Part shown: in pieces, positions 62,173-64,000 of the stretch | Numbering within the stretch: position 1 is the stretch's first letter | How the letters are laid out: every line of letters starts with the position of its first letter | Assembly: GCF_009834535.1 (NCBI RefSeq) | Contig: NC_045697.1 | Location: 11,224,001 to 11,288,000, forward strand | DNA: 64,000 bases | Direction: 5' to 3' | Source: Camelus ferus | Taxonomy: Eukaryota | Notes under the pieces: model-generated | What the model saw: only the letters and a program-made list of their open reading frames with translations | Told to the model about the DNA's origin: nothing | Database searches by the model: none | Translations under genes and position numbers: made by a program

Positions 62173-63259
62173 GGCTAGGTGACCTTTTTTGATTCCTTCC
62201 AGATCAAAAAGATAGAATTCTGGGAATGATCATTTCAACCATAATTTTGTATAAAACAGAGGCTGTACCTAATTTACTTTGAACAAGACCCTGAATGAAA
62301 TGACTATTTGTTCTAATATACTTGACATATTTATCAGGTCATATCTTATTATTCAAACTCAAAAAATATACTCTACTTTAGGTCAAATTTTGGTAAAAGA
62401 AAAGAAAAAAAAAAAAAAACACTATTCCTGCACCCTATCTTCCTGCATCCAGGACAAAAGTCTCTGGACAGCAAATGTTCCCAAGCCTCAGCTCATACAT
62501 CCTGTATTCATCTCAAACAATATTTTTAATCAAATTTTACTATCTCAAAAGCTTTAGGACCACCCTCCCAATTTGGGACATAGCATGGACAATTCAATTT
62601 CTATTAAATGTAATGATGTCTAGAAATTAAACCTCAAGAGAATATTTTAAAACACACATGTGAGCAGTATCATATCAATGCTAAATTAATTTAGAGGATA
62701 CAATCTGCAAAATTAAACACGTGATTTAGCGATACAAGTGTCGAATTTAGGGACTGGGTTAAGTGAATGAGCTGTAAGTTTCCTTTTATGCTGAAATTGT
62801 ACGATTGAACTGTTCCGCAGATGTTGACAGGTACTGCGTCCACATGAATTGTTCATGACCTTGTTTCTCCGATCTGTTGGATTCTGTTGGCTGGAATACG
62901 GGACTTTGTCATTTTTCTTCTCTCAAATATAAACCAGTGCAGACTCCTCCCTGTATACTCAGCCAACAAGCAAGATATATTTTTACTCTAAATGCAAAGT
63001 CACTTTATTATTGTTGGAAATGAATTCCAATATTATATTCCTAAACATCTAGAAATTGGCATTCAGGTAAGTAGTGCATGAGGAGTAAAGTTAAAACAGG
63101 CTTTAAAGTAAAATATAGGATATGGTTGGCTCCAAAAACTTAGAAATGACATTATAAATATTTTGGATTAAAAAATATTTTCTGATTTCAGTTTTCACGT
63201 AATAATATATTTATGGGGCACTTTACTTTTTTTAAAAGGCACTTATTTTCTTTCGCTTA

Positions 63260-63640
63260 CTAAAAAAAAAATTTAATGGATGCCTGCTTTGTGCCAGACA
63301 TTGCTCTAGGCAGTGGCAAACCAGACGAGGTCCCCTGGAGTTTACAGCTTAGGGGAGAGGGTTGACAAGAAAACAAATAAAGGAACCAGATCATTGCAGA
63401 TAGTGATAAGTGTGATGAGGGGAAAAAAAAAAAAAAAAAACAGCCTGTGAAGATCAGTGATGACTTCACACGTACAGGTCAAGGGAACCTCTCAGGAAGT
63501 GACATTTGAGCTGAGAGCTGAATGGCAGGAAGAAGTCAGCCCCCTGCAAACCTGAGGGCAGAGTTTTCCTGGCAGTGAACTTGCTGGGACAAAGCTCCTC
63601 TGGAGGAAATGGGCCCAGTGTGTTCTCCAGGAGAAACGGG
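63260..63640 (-). mobile_element. LINE-2 3' segment
   Basis: 'gcctgctttgtgccagacattgctctagg...gatagtgataagtg...ctctcaggaagtgacatttgagctgagagctgaatg'. Confidence 0.88.
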
Positions 63641-64000
63641 GAGGCAGAGATCTCACATATCCAGCACTTTCTTCCCACGTGGCTATTCTGTATTTAAAGA
63701 TCTCTTTTTGAATCCTTCTAACTCCAACCCCTATTTGTCGCATATTTTGGCAGGGGAGGGAGGGAAAGAGAGAATTGAGGGAAAACATAGTAAAATTTTT
63801 CTGCACAATACCTACTCAAAACAGCCTGATAGTTTCAAATCTGATTTTTAAAGTCACTTAAGGACAATGATCAGACTGATAATGTTCAACTGGATAAGGG
63901 AGTTTTTTTCTTTCCCTTGAGCCTGATTTCTCTAAATGCCAAGTTTCCATTAGCAATGGTCTTGTCATGTTCTAAATATTTACAGTTTTTTACTTCTTAA

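Noticed and set aside
867..63851. The many 60-183 aa ORFs in the supplied track
   Set aside because: None resembles a known host protein. Many overlap repeats or simple tracts (poly-K, poly-F, HT and CV repeats), and their size is what chance gives in non-coding DNA.
1..64000. CRISPR arrays, operons, prokaryotic or viral systems, CpG island, full-length ERV or L1
   Set aside because: The sequence is mammalian. There are no regularly spaced repeats, no long ORFs and no sustained CpG-rich segment, and all LTRs appear solo.
1..64000. Naming the host or neighbouring gene
   Set aside because: No exon was recognised, so any gene name would be a guess.

Overview
This is mammalian non-coding genomic DNA, either a large intron or a gene desert. 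It is very likely from a camelid (camel, alpaca or llama): it carries three copies of a tRNA-Ala-derived SINE of the Vic-1 type, and I recognised no Alu, Bov-tA/Bov-A2, PRE-1, SINEC or ERE SINEs. I cannot support any host protein-coding exon. The only recognisable protein fragments in the ORF track are broken pieces of LINE-1 ORF2p (about 19530-20045, minus strand). Much of the window is fossil transposons: many MIR and L2 remnants, old and lineage-specific L1 3' fragments, MaLR/ERVL/ERV1 solo LTRs, and hAT and mariner MITEs, often nested and several with readable target-site duplications (TSDs). Between the repeats lie repeat-free blocks dense in TALE-homeodomain (PBX/MEIS), POU, SOX and forkhead motifs, which look like enhancers of a developmental locus I cannot name. 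The best second-look items are (1) an enhancer candidate with two perfect PBX-MEIS decamers, (2) an L1 carrying a foreign, older-type L1 3' end inside one TSD pair, (3) a short L1 3' transduction and (4) an internally primed SINE. I see no evidence of a new protein-coding system. Repeat family names come from recalled consensus sequences, not a database search, and most repeat boundaries are approximate.
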